From: Candidatus Bathyarchaeota archaeon
GTDB taxonomy: Archaea; Thermoproteota; Bathyarchaeia; Bathyarchaeales; Bathycorpusculaceae
Reading direction: 5' to 3'
DNA length: 64,000 nt
Assembly: GCA_963833575.1 (NCBI GenBank)
Contig: CAWHXY010000005.1
Location: 1-64,000, forward strand
Part shown: piece by piece, positions 40,559 to 49,712 of the stretch
How the letters are laid out: each line of letters starts with the position of its first letter
Numbering within the stretch: the stretch's first letter is position 1
Position numbers and translations under genes: made by a program
Notes under the pieces: model-generated
The model's input: only the letters and a program-made list of their open reading frames with translations
What the model was told of the DNA's origin: nothing
The model's database searches: none

Positions 40559-41564
40559 GTGTCTTACCGCTTTTCCAAACCTTCGGATAAGTACCCCTAA
40601 GCATCAAAACTCTCTCTAAACCAGCAACAGCGCCATGCTTTAAATCCATAATTTCCTCAGATGGAACTAAAGCTTTTCCCAAAGCTACCGCTTCGCCCTT
40701 CAACGTGAAAATCGCTAAAATCGAACCCTTAACAATACCGCTTTCAACCTGACAAACACCAGGAGCAGTCAAATTTGCACCATGACATAATGCATCAACA
40801 GCAGAGTCACGAACAACAATTTTGGGAAGTAAAACCAAAGCGTTTTCCATAGGCACAATAAATTTGTGCAGAATTGCCTCATCCTTCTTTGATTCCCACT
40901 CTCCAAACCAGTAAGCTACATCGTGCAACGTGACTTTTGAATCGCTGGTTTCGGTGAATGATCCTGAGCGAGTTCTACGCAACTCTTGCATGTGTGCGCC
41001 GACACCAAGAATTTCACCTATATCAAAGCATAGTTTACGTATGTAAGTGCCTGCTTCACAACCGACTTTGAATAAAACATTTCTTCCATCGGTTTCTATG
41101 TAGTCGATGTAATAGACGCGTCTAGTTCTAAGCTGTCGCTTAACCGACGAGCGCAATGGTGGACGCTGATAAATTTCATCTTCAAACTCGCCTAAAACCT
41201 CTTTAATTTGAGCTTCTGGGGCATCCTTGTGAAGTTTCATTACGCAAACGTATTCTTTACCGGTATAGAGAAACGCTTGAACCACTTTGGTTGAATCCTC
41301 AAGTGTGATGGGTAAAATACCCGTGACTTTAGGATCTAAAGTCCCTCCATGCCCAATAGCCTTTACTTTCATGATTCTTTTAACCCATGCCGCAACTTCA
41401 TGGCTTGTTGGTCCAGCAGGTTTGTCAAGATTTATTGTGCCATACTGAATGTACTGTTTCGCTGGCCTTTCAGAGGGCAAATGCCCATATTTTGGATCAG
41501 TCGTGTCCTCTGCTTTAGTTAAAATTTCACGTTTTATTTCCCATGGAGGGGTAGATCGAGCCAT
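40548..41564 (-). CDS. cbf5: H/ACA RNA-guided pseudouridine synthase Cbf5
   Basis: LDKPAGPTSHEV, GHGGTLDPKVTG, QRPPLRSSVKR, GTYIRKLC and a PUA domain. Confidence 0.97.
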   Translation of the reverse strand: MARSTPPWEIKREILTKAEDTTDPKYGHLPSERPAKQYIQYGTINLDKPAGPTSHEVAAWVKRIMKVKAIGHGGTLDPKVTGILPITLEDSTKVVQAFLYTGKEYVCVMKLHKDAPEAQIKEVLGEFEDEIYQRPPLRSSVKRQLRTRRVYYIDYIETDGRNVLFKVGCEAGTYIRKLCFDIGEILGVGAHMQELRRTRSGSFTETSDSKVTLHDVAYWFGEWESKKDEAILHKFIVPMENALVLLPKIVVRDSAVDALCHGANLTAPGVCQVESGIVKGSILAIFTLKGEAVALGKALVPSEEIMDLKHGAVAGLERVLMLRGTYPKVWKSGKTHEP

Positions 41565-41626
41565 CTGCGTATATTCTCTCCTGAACTAAGTGTAAGAAAA
41601 AGAAATTTGAGGTATTAAAGCTTAGA

Positions 41627-41905
41627 CTATGCAGCTTTAACAGGTTGAGTCATTTCTTGTAGTTTACCTGCAGCCTCTAAGACTTGAGCAACTTCTTCGT
41701 CTGATGCACCACGTTTTACTTCAACTTTGTCCTGCAGAGGCATAACATGGTTTATGTTGACTCGTCTCCGCTTAATTCCAGTAACTTTTTTTGGACCTGT
41801 TACCAAAACAAAGCTCTTGTCCATAACGTCTATTACAACGCATTTTTTGCCGTTCTCTCGGCCAGCCTGTTTAACGCATATCCTGCCAACTTCTATAGCG
41901 GGCAT
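41627..41905 (-). CDS. rpl14e: 50S ribosomal protein L14e
   Basis: MPAIEVGRICVK.AGRE.GKKCVVIDV.DK.FVLVTGPK..TGIKRRRVNI.H. Confidence 0.97.
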   Translation of the reverse strand: MPAIEVGRICVKQAGRENGKKCVVIDVMDKSFVLVTGPKKVTGIKRRRVNINHVMPLQDKVEVKRGASDEEVAQVLEAAGKLQEMTQPVKAA

Positions 41906-42298
41906 CTTTTTTGTCTCCTTAAAAACAGAATACACCCATCCGTAGATATAAGCATGTCATAAATTCAGCCAAGAAAACTTGCATGCTTTTTCAATTATAG
42001 AGACAATTCTTGTTAAGAAAAATTGCCAGCTGAGTCTAAACCCCACAGCAAACATCTTTTTTCCTTAAGCACTTTCAAACCTTTCGTTGATGCTATCGCA
42101 GAACGCTCGTAGTTACTTACAGGTTTCTAATGTCACTGTTGAGCATGTTCCTCAACTGACAACTATTACAGTACTCAACATTGAATATAATGTTATGTTG
42201 GCACATTAGCCTACCCACAAATGTCAGCAAGAAACATGGATAAGTAAAATGAATGCAAAAAACTTAAACAATACAGTGTTATCAGTTACGGTGCTGGT

Positions 42299-42420
42299 GC
42301 CGGGGTATCCGAGCCAGGTCTAAATAGGCGGCCAGATAATTTGATTGCCTAAGATATGGAGGAGGACTTAAGATCCTCTGGCGCAGGCCTTCGTGGGTTC
42401 AAGTCCCACCCCCGGCACCA
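42299..42420 (+). tRNA. tRNA-Leu(TAA) with 34-nt D-loop intron (approx. 42324..42357)
   Basis: GCCGGGG/CCCCGGC acceptor, GAGGA-CTTAAGA-TCCTC, GTGGG-TTCAAGT-CCCAC. The intron hairpin TAGGCGG..TTGCCTA sits on a GTCT/AGAT central helix. Confidence 0.93.
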
Positions 42421-42441
42421 CTGTTTTCTAAACTCTTTTGT

Positions 42442-43818
42442 TTATTTTTTTACTCTTCGCGGCCAGAAGAATGCACTGGCAAAAAGTACAATGAATGAAA
42501 TAAAGATCAGCATAAATAATGTGTCATATGCTTGTCCTACTGTGGTTTTCCAAAGGAAACACTGGAAGTAATCGTTTGCGTAAGCGCCAGGGCCAGGCCA
42601 ACTCCACCCTTGACTATGAGGTCCAGCTTGCCACCAAACTGGTCCACTTACTATGAGGTCAAGCTGCCATAAGCTGAAGAAAAGTAAACCCATAGCAACC
42701 ATTACGCCTGCAAGATTAAAGATAGCATTTGTTTTTACAAGGTATGTCCTGAAGTTTCGCAGTCGCTCTGGAAATGTTTCTTTTTTCTTAGGAACGCACT
42801 TTTTCCCGCCTCTTTTAGGTTTGAGCGTTAGTTTGTTATTCAAGTAACCCATTGCGGACATTCGTGCAGTCTCAAACATACCATAAACGAAAACTCCTGT
42901 TCCTGCTAGGAGCATTGCGAAGCCAGCATAATTCATAAAGGTACTTTTTGCATAGCCGCTGGCTATTAGAGAGCCATTAATCACTAGCATTGCGCCAATG
43001 CCTATTGCCCATATGCTGCCCAAAATAACGTTTGGTCTGTACTCGCCTTCGCATTCTTCATCTAGATCCAAACGGCTTTTTAGTGCGGATACAACGGTTC
43101 CTGATATGCCTATGCTTAAAACTACTATCCCTGACAATAGCATTCCAAAACCCACATAATTGATAATTGACTGTTTTGCATAAGCACCTGCTAATATAGA
43201 TCCAATGACAAAAAGAACAATTCCAATCCCCATTGATAAAATGCTTAAGAACAGAATTCTCGGTTTCTCAACTCTAAGGCTTGATTTCCTTTTGTTTTGG
43301 GTTAGCTGAATTTTCAGCGTTCCTAAAGCAGTTCCGAATGCACCCAATACAAAAACACAAATTCCCGCTAATAGCATTGCGAAGCCTGATGTGTTTGTTA
43401 CCGTATTTTTCGCATAAGTGCTGCCTAGTATTGAACCGATAATAGTCAAGATTACGCCAATACCAATTCCCCATATACTTGGACACAACATTTTCGGCAC
43501 AGCAATTTTGCCGCTTGCAGGTGTTTTTTGGGTCAAGCGGTTTCTTACGGTTGATGTGGCTGTTGCACAAATGCCTAAAATTGAAGTAGCTATTCCTACC
43601 ATGATCATGCCAAAGCCAGTATAATTCGTTAACGTGGCTTTAGAGTAAGAACTAGCTATTACTGAGCCTATGATGGCTATAACTAAACCAACTAAAATGA
43701 TTGTTGTCTTGCTGCCGTGGGGTTCTTGAGGTTTCTTGAGGTTTGTTGAGCGTTTTGACCTATGATTCTGTGTCTGCTTTTGCTTTTCTGTCGGCTCAAG
43801 TTTTTCTGCTGCACTCAT
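42442..43818 (-). CDS. polytopic membrane protein with four internal helical-hairpin repeats
   Basis: Four copies of IGSI.A..YAK....NY.GF.MLL.GI. Confidence 0.8.
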   Translation of the reverse strand: MSAAEKLEPTEKQKQTQNHRSKRSTNLKKPQEPHGSKTTIILVGLVIAIIGSVIASSYSKATLTNYTGFGMIMVGIATSILGICATATSTVRNRLTQKTPASGKIAVPKMLCPSIWGIGIGVILTIIGSILGSTYAKNTVTNTSGFAMLLAGICVFVLGAFGTALGTLKIQLTQNKRKSSLRVEKPRILFLSILSMGIGIVLFVIGSILAGAYAKQSIINYVGFGMLLSGIVVLSIGISGTVVSALKSRLDLDEECEGEYRPNVILGSIWAIGIGAMLVINGSLIASGYAKSTFMNYAGFAMLLAGTGVFVYGMFETARMSAMGYLNNKLTLKPKRGGKKCVPKKKETFPERLRNFRTYLVKTNAIFNLAGVMVAMGLLFFSLWQLDLIVSGPVWWQAGPHSQGWSWPGPGAYANDYFQCFLWKTTVGQAYDTLFMLIFISFIVLFASAFFWPRRVKK

Positions 43819-44130
43819 TCAGTTACCATCTATATTCTCTGTTCTTGCCAACCAATTGAACACGTTATACTGTGCATGTTGCCTATAACATTTGGGTCTA
43901 TATTTTATTGACATTTTCTAGTTTTTTGTTGTTAACAGAATAATCTATAGCCTTGTGATGATGCCTTGTGATGATTAGTTGACGAGAGTAATGGATAACG
44001 ATTCATACGAAAGATGAGATTTGTGACGAATAATTCCGCACCCAGCAAACCATAAACTCTGACCAAAAAGAGTGATCTAAACGAGCTTCAAAAAATTGTT
44101 TGCCCGCACCTTAGAAAATTATTGATCGGT

Positions 44131-44195
44131 CGCGATGATTTGCGATGATTCCCGGTGCCACCTGCAATTGAAGTAAACCCTAAAACAAAAAAGCA
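44131..44195 (+). repeat. 10-bp-array/ACCTGCAA element, copy E
   Basis: CGCGATGATT TGCGATGATT CCCGGTG CCACCTGCAA-N18-CAAAAAAGCA. Confidence 0.8.
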
Positions 44196-44245
44196 ACCTT
44201 TCTTAGCCTTTTTTAAAACAGGGAAATTACACCTCTTTTTTTCTC

Positions 44246-45169
44246 TTAAGGTCTTGACGCATCCGAGGCGGCTCTGCTGTGGTTTTTTCTGAAATCAAAT
44301 GCCGAACCCAATTCTTTGATATTAACAATAATTAATGACACTAAGGTGAAGAGGGGTATGAGTGAGTAGTAGTAAAGAGGGGTAGTTACTGCGGAGGCTA
44401 GTACCATGTTCAAGAAATTGGATGCCATGCCTGGATAAAGAAGCATTGCATTTGATAATGCTAATGAGCCAAGTAGGCTTATCGTTGCGGCTTTGAGGTT
44501 TTTGCGGTTATACATAATGAATAGTGGCAGAGCTAACAATCCAAATCTTGGGTCAAAAAACCCAAATGCCAAAGCAATTCCGGACAGGTATGATTTGCCT
44601 CGGCTGCCAAAGTAAAAGCTAATTAAAAGCAGAAAAGTGGCGAATACTTTGGCTTGTCCTTCACCCCACTGCCAATAATAGCTTGTTGAAATAGCCCCTT
44701 GCGGTGTTGGAAATGGCAACAATAATGTGATTACCATTACTGCCAAGGTTATCACAAGAGGCTTGTTACTTAAGAGCTTGTAGAGAAGATACGCCATTAA
44801 GGGGAGAAGAGCGAATTGAGCTATGTCAAAGGCAAGTAGCGCCTGCTGATAGTTCAATGAGAGGAAAGGAGTGATAATTAACAAAAAAGATGGCAGATAC
44901 TTGTACTCTTCAGGGTGAGGAAGAATAATTGGTTCTCCATCGTTTAAAGCTCCAAAATTATATATGTGCGCAGGGTTATTCCAGAGTCTCCAAGCGCCCA
45001 TGTAGTAGGCTGAGAAATCCTTTGCCAGATTTGTGCCTGAAGAGTTTATGCCTGGATTTACAGTGTAAGTCTCAGGGTAAGCAACAACGAAAGTGTAGAA
45101 GTTCAAAAGAATAATTATCGCGACCGCTATGGTGAGAACCATCTTAGTTAAGCGGGATCGGCAAACCAT
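44246..45169 (-). CDS. GT87/DUF2029-like membrane glycosyltransferase (GT-C)
   Basis: KDFSAYY, Y.YLP.FL and GQ motifs with multiple TMs. Confidence 0.7.
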   Translation of the reverse strand: MVCRSRLTKMVLTIAVAIIILLNFYTFVVAYPETYTVNPGINSSGTNLAKDFSAYYMGAWRLWNNPAHIYNFGALNDGEPIILPHPEEYKYLPSFLLIITPFLSLNYQQALLAFDIAQFALLPLMAYLLYKLLSNKPLVITLAVMVITLLLPFPTPQGAISTSYYWQWGEGQAKVFATFLLLISFYFGSRGKSYLSGIALAFGFFDPRFGLLALPLFIMYNRKNLKAATISLLGSLALSNAMLLYPGMASNFLNMVLASAVTTPLYYYSLIPLFTLVSLIIVNIKELGSAFDFRKNHSRAASDASRP

Positions 45170-45287
45170 CTTTTACCCTGCTGGTTTTGCATTTTGGAAT
45201 CTAATTATTTATGAGACATTTATATTTGATTGCCATGTTTTCGACTGTTTCGTAAGATTTAAATAAAAAACATGAACATTGAAGGTT

Positions 45288-45305
45288 GTATTACACATGT
45301 AATAC
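45288..45305. promoter_or_regulatory. perfect inverted repeat, putative operator between divergent genes
   Basis: GTATTACA-CA-TGTAATAC directly upstream of a BRE/TATA-like AAAATGCTTTTAT. Confidence 0.5.
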
Positions 45306-45377
45306 TAATGAAAATGCTTTTATCTAATTTCACCCTTCAAACCAGCAATACGTAAAACAATAAGGATCAATTGCGAA

Positions 45378-45998
45378 ATGATGCCCACACAAAGTAAAGC
45401 CAAACGAGTTGCAATAACCGCAATGGTAGCCGCAATTTATGCTATATTATTTTTGGGATCAGCACCAGGCATGTTACCGGGATTTACCCTCCTTTACCTC
45501 CCAGTTATTCTGTTAGGTGTCTTTCCTCTATGGTTTGGCTGGAGCGGACTCGCAGGATGCATGATAGGCGCTTTTATTGGAGGCGTGTATGTTGAGGGTG
45601 TGCCTCCTTATGCTGCATGGGTAGAATCAATCACAGCACTAATTATCTTTGGCTTAAATTGGCTTCTTATTCCAAGATCCGCGGTAGACGTAAAGTCAAA
45701 GAGAAATCTTTTGTTGCTCACTGTTCTCTATGCTGTCACTCTGTTTATAGGAACTGCTTACATACTGTGGCAATACACTTATTTGTTTAACATCGGGTTA
45801 ATGACATTTCCAGTTATAGGTGGATTTTCTTTCGGAGTAGTTCTTGCTGCCACTTTTGGCCTCAATTTTACTATCCAACTTGCCGTATGCCCTGCTTTGC
45901 TAAGAACTGTTACGCCTAGATTAAAAAATTGGGGTGTATACTCTGGCACTTTCTCGGAATGGAGAAGCATAAGAGCAAAATCCAAAGCAAGAAAGTAA
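45378..45998 (+). CDS. QueT-like ECF transporter S-component
   Basis: VAITAMVAAIYA (AxxxA), PLWFG..G..GC.IGA and about 6 TMs. Confidence 0.65.
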   Translation: MMPTQSKAKRVAITAMVAAIYAILFLGSAPGMLPGFTLLYLPVILLGVFPLWFGWSGLAGCMIGAFIGGVYVEGVPPYAAWVESITALIIFGLNWLLIPRSAVDVKSKRNLLLLTVLYAVTLFIGTAYILWQYTYLFNIGLMTFPVIGGFSFGVVLAATFGLNFTIQLAVCPALLRTVTPRLKNWGVYSGTFSEWRSIRAKSKARK

Positions 45999-46135
45999 TA
46001 ACCTCCCTTTAATCTCCTCTTCTTTAATAGAAATTTAATTCATTAAGTTGAAATTCCATTTAAGAATAATAAAATGGTTTGCGTCAAATTAATAGACAAT
46101 ACTTTTAAGTTATCTGCTCCTTAAAACCAGTTTGA

Positions 46136-46660
46136 GTGCCCGTAATGAAAGTAAGAATAATAAAACTAACTCCAGAGCGCCTTATCGAATTATTGCAAGG
46201 AAAAGCTATTTCCTTCGTTTCCAACCTTCCAAGTGACGCTGAACTTTTAGATTTAAAATTTGATTTATTTTCAAAACAAGTGCTTGCGGTAGTTAGAAGC
46301 AACAGTTTTGATGATATTGCCGAATCATACCCCTTTCCAGAGTACAACCTAACAGGAAATATAGACTCTAAAATTGCACCTAAGCCAAATGTTACAGTCA
46401 AAGCGGAACCCAAGCCCGAAGTTAAAATCGCAGTTGCAAGTACGGTTCAACAAAATAAAACAGCAATCAACATGGAAAATGAGTTTAGTCCAGATCAGCG
46501 CAAAGTTCTCAGTTTCACAGTTAAGGGCGACTACGTAATAGTAAAGCCTATTCAGTTTTTGAAGGCTGAATGGGATGACATCAATGAGATTGTCCGAAGT
46601 TTAGGCGGCAAATGGGTAAAAGGTGACATAATCAGCTATTGGGAAATCCCTCTTCAATAG
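46136..46660 (+). CDS. two-domain hypothetical protein
   Basis: Two compact domains joined by a P/K-rich linker; C-terminal INEIVRSLGGKWV..YWEIP. Confidence 0.7.
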   Translation: MPVMKVRIIKLTPERLIELLQGKAISFVSNLPSDAELLDLKFDLFSKQVLAVVRSNSFDDIAESYPFPEYNLTGNIDSKIAPKPNVTVKAEPKPEVKIAVASTVQQNKTAINMENEFSPDQRKVLSFTVKGDYVIVKPIQFLKAEWDDINEIVRSLGGKWVKGDIISYWEIPLQ

Positions 46661-46727
46661 TTGGAGTTGATTTGGGGAAAATTCTTTAAAGAAGATAACG
46701 CTTAAACACCATAAGGGATGTATCAGG

Positions 46728-47087
46728 ATGGAAAAAACCGATAAACCTCTAACTCGAGATGCACTAGTTTCGATGCAAGTCATAGATTCAAAAGGGCGAT
46801 CTTTGGGGAAAGTGAAAGACGTAGTCTTTGAAGTAGGGAAATTAGGCATTTCATTGTCAGTTGAAAACGAGGATGGGGAAATCCAAACAGTTCAATGGAA
46901 CGATATTCAGGCAGCTTCAGATTTTATAATCATGAAACCTCAGGGTCAAAGCGTCACTGAAGAGCCAGCACAACAGAGAGTTTCCAAGGAAAAAACTGTG
47001 CCCATTTGTCCTTCATGCGGTAAACCTCTTACATGGATTCCGCAGTACAAAAGATGGTATTGCTACAACGACAAAAAATACGTTTAA
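46728..47087 (+). CDS. PRC-barrel protein with C-terminal zinc ribbon
   Basis: LVSMQVIDSKGRSLGKVKDV..WNDI..SDFII, then CPSCGKPLTWIPQYKRWYC. Confidence 0.8.
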   Translation: MEKTDKPLTRDALVSMQVIDSKGRSLGKVKDVVFEVGKLGISLSVENEDGEIQTVQWNDIQAASDFIIMKPQGQSVTEEPAQQRVSKEKTVPICPSCGKPLTWIPQYKRWYCYNDKKYV

Positions 47088-47115
47088 CTTACCATCAAAC
47101 GTTTATTTTTTTGAT

Positions 47116-47748
47116 TTATCCTGTTTCATTTGTCATGGATTTTTCTAATTTAGTGATTGTCCCATTTTTTCCAAGACGCAGCTGTTTCTCCCCTTTGAAA
47201 CTGGCGACATGCGCATTCCTAACTTCAATATGATCACCCATTGAAACGGCATTTACCTGTTGATCCCAGAGGCAAAGCATGACTTTTCCAGTTTCATCAC
47301 CTATCCAAGCATTAGAAACAAGAGCATTATCTCTAAATTGCGTATGGACTTTAGACGGCTCAGACGTCTCCAACACTTCTGCAATTACATTTATCTTTTT
47401 CATTCCAACGTTTAAATTCTCTATTTTAATGTGCGATGGTGTTGGGGTTTGCTTTGCTATTTCTTTGCGGACTCTACTGGTGTCCATTGAATTATCGAAT
47501 GAAACATTTGTTTTTGACAATGTTTCCTCGGGAACTCGGAATTGTGATACAACGTTGTTCTCTTTCTTAATCAAAAAAATGGCTTGTTCGTTTACGCTTC
47601 CTCTATATTCGACGGTTAAATCTTCGCATATCGATTTGCCATGTTCTTTAGCTTGAATTAAGGAGTTAAAGAGTTCAGTCGGGTAAATGTTATGCTGCGC
47701 TGAGATAAAGGCAAGCTGGTCTTCAAGCGTCGGCTTTTTTGGTTTCAC
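47116..47748 (-). CDS. OB-fold SSB-like protein with N-terminal extra domain (paralog of 38120..38746)
   Basis: KKPTLEDQLAFIS..IY, VEYRGS..AIFLI.K and GDETGKVMLCLW. GTG start at 47748 follows GGAGG; the ORF track starts it at 47805. Confidence 0.85.
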   Translation of the reverse strand: MKPKKPTLEDQLAFISAQHNIYPTELFNSLIQAKEHGKSICEDLTVEYRGSVNEQAIFLIKKENNVVSQFRVPEETLSKTNVSFDNSMDTSRVRKEIAKQTPTPSHIKIENLNVGMKKINVIAEVLETSEPSKVHTQFRDNALVSNAWIGDETGKVMLCLWDQQVNAVSMGDHIEVRNAHVASFKGEKQLRLGKNGTITKLEKSMTNETG

Positions 47749-48003
47749 AGTGTTTATGCTCCTCCAATAGCGAATTATCTTGAAAAAGGAAACGTTAGGT
47801 ATCAAAATTTACTTTTTCTCGATTAATTCTGACATTTAAATATTACAATAATAAGTATATAGGTTTAGCTGCAAAAAGACAATTTATTTCTTGTGAAAGA
47901 ACCAAAAATTTGACGAATCAAGAATTACTTCCAAAAAGGAAAAAAACTAGGCTTCACAATAAACTATTAGAAAAATTTTAAATCTGCTTTTTGGAGCACT
48001 TTT

Positions 48004-48897
48004 ATGGAAGAACTAAAAGAACTAACAAAAGTAAAACTTAAAAATTTGGACAAAATTTTCTACCCAAAAATTAGTGTTAACAAAGCACAAGTTATTGAGT
48101 ATTATATCAAGATGGCTCCTAAAATACTCCCTGTAATAGCAAACAGGCCATTAGTTTTAACTAGATACCCTGAAGGTGTAGCTGGGGGGGCAGTCAGCTT
48201 TTTTGAAAAAAATGCTCCAGAAGGAAAGCCTGATTGGGTTAAGACAAAAACCATTTACTCGCCAACGTCCAAACGAGATGTCCACTATATCGTTTGCAAT
48301 GATCTGGATACTCTAATCTGGCTTGCAAACATAGCAGCCATAGAAATTCACATGCCCTTCTCCCAAATTGATTCTTTAGAAAAGCCGGACCTACTATTTT
48401 TTGATGTTGACCCTGAACCTCCAGCCACATTGAGTGACGCTGCAGAAGTCTCATTGTTGCTAAAGGAAAAACTTCTCGATTTAGGGCTAACACCATTCAT
48501 TAAAACTTCAGGCAAAAAAGGGTTTCATGTGGTAATTCCAATTATTCCAGACCACTCGTTTGAAGAAATAAGAGATTTTGTACATAAAATAGGCATTGAC
48601 TTAGCAAAAGAAAGCAACATTGTCGTTTCCGAATTCAGAGACACAAAGAAACCAGGCAAAGTTTTCGCTGATTACCTCCAGAATTCACCTTTACGAACAA
48701 TGGTTGTTCCTTATAGTTTACGGCCAACGCCTCAAGCAACTGTTTCAACACCTTTGGACTGGGGTGAAGTAAAGAAAGGAATAAACCCTTCCGACTTCAC
48801 TATTTTTAATGTAGCAGATCGGAAAAGTGATCCGTGGAAAAGTATTTTTGAAAAAAAATGTAAACTGGAGATTCAATTATGGAACAAGAAGATGTAG
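48004..48897 (+). CDS. stand-alone LigD-type primase-polymerase (NHEJ Pol)
   Basis: NLDKIFYP, RPL.L.RYPEG, FFEKN, DVDP (DxD), KTSGKKGFH, DYLQN, PYSLR and VSTPL.W.E. Confidence 0.93.
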   Translation: MEELKELTKVKLKNLDKIFYPKISVNKAQVIEYYIKMAPKILPVIANRPLVLTRYPEGVAGGAVSFFEKNAPEGKPDWVKTKTIYSPTSKRDVHYIVCNDLDTLIWLANIAAIEIHMPFSQIDSLEKPDLLFFDVDPEPPATLSDAAEVSLLLKEKLLDLGLTPFIKTSGKKGFHVVIPIIPDHSFEEIRDFVHKIGIDLAKESNIVVSEFRDTKKPGKVFADYLQNSPLRTMVVPYSLRPTPQATVSTPLDWGEVKKGINPSDFTIFNVADRKSDPWKSIFEKKCKLEIQLWNKKM

Positions 48898-49712
48898 AAG
48901 AAACTTCGGAACTGGATAATAATAAAGTCAGCGCTCCCGCCCCTAGACGGTCTATTTGGTCAGGAAGCGTAACAATCGGGTTAGTTAATGTTCCTGTCAA
49001 GCTGTATTCAATGATTTATGACCGAGGCGTAAGATTTCATTTTTTACACAGCATAGACGGCCAACCTCTTAAGTACGTCAAGATGTGCACAAAAGATGAC
49101 AAAATCGTACCTTGGAATGAAGTAGTTCGAGGCTATGAAGTTTCAAAAAATGAATTTGTAACTATAGAAAAAAAAGATTTGGATGCTGCAAAACCTGAAT
49201 CAGACAATAGAATTAGGATCAGAAAATTCGTTGATTATTTCTCAGTTGACCCCATATACTTTGACAAAACCTACGCTCTGATGCCTGACAAAAACAAAGA
49301 AGCTTACGGCTTGCTTTTAACGGCGCTTGAGAAAAAAAATAAAGCAGGCGCTGGACGCATAACCCTTCGAACAAAAGAATACCCCGCGCTACTTCACACA
49401 TACAAAGGCGCATTGGTTTTAACAACACTTCGTTATGGCTATGATGTTGTTGATCCACGGGATTTTGAGGAAGTTCACAAGCTCAAAGAGCCAGAAAAAT
49501 CCGAATTAGACCTAGCCGTAAAAATAGTTACTGACCTTTCAGGAGACTTTGATATTTCAGAATTTGAAGACACATACATGAAAAGAGTTGAAGAACTTAT
49601 AGCTCAAAAAGTGAAAGGCGAAAAAATTCACATTGAAAAGCCTCCAGAAGTAGAAGCTAAAGGTCTCATGGTTGCCCTACGCGAAACTCTCAAGCAGTTG
49701 GAACAGAAATGA
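48879..49712 (+). CDS. ku: Ku protein (prokaryotic NHEJ)
   Basis: RSIWSGSVTIGLVNVPVKLY, V.GYE, DP.YFDK.Y and FED.Y..RV.ELI..K. Confidence 0.95.
   Translation: MEQEDVEETSELDNNKVSAPAPRRSIWSGSVTIGLVNVPVKLYSMIYDRGVRFHFLHSIDGQPLKYVKMCTKDDKIVPWNEVVRGYEVSKNEFVTIEKKDLDAAKPESDNRIRIRKFVDYFSVDPIYFDKTYALMPDKNKEAYGLLLTALEKKNKAGAGRITLRTKEYPALLHTYKGALVLTTLRYGYDVVDPRDFEEVHKLKEPEKSELDLAVKIVTDLSGDFDISEFEDTYMKRVEELIAQKVKGEKIHIEKPPEVEAKGLMVALRETLKQLEQK

Noticed and set aside
43950-43975. GCCTTGTGATGAT x2 (13-bp tandem); also GTCTACATT x2 at 1112..1133
   Set aside because: These are two-copy local duplications with no further structure.
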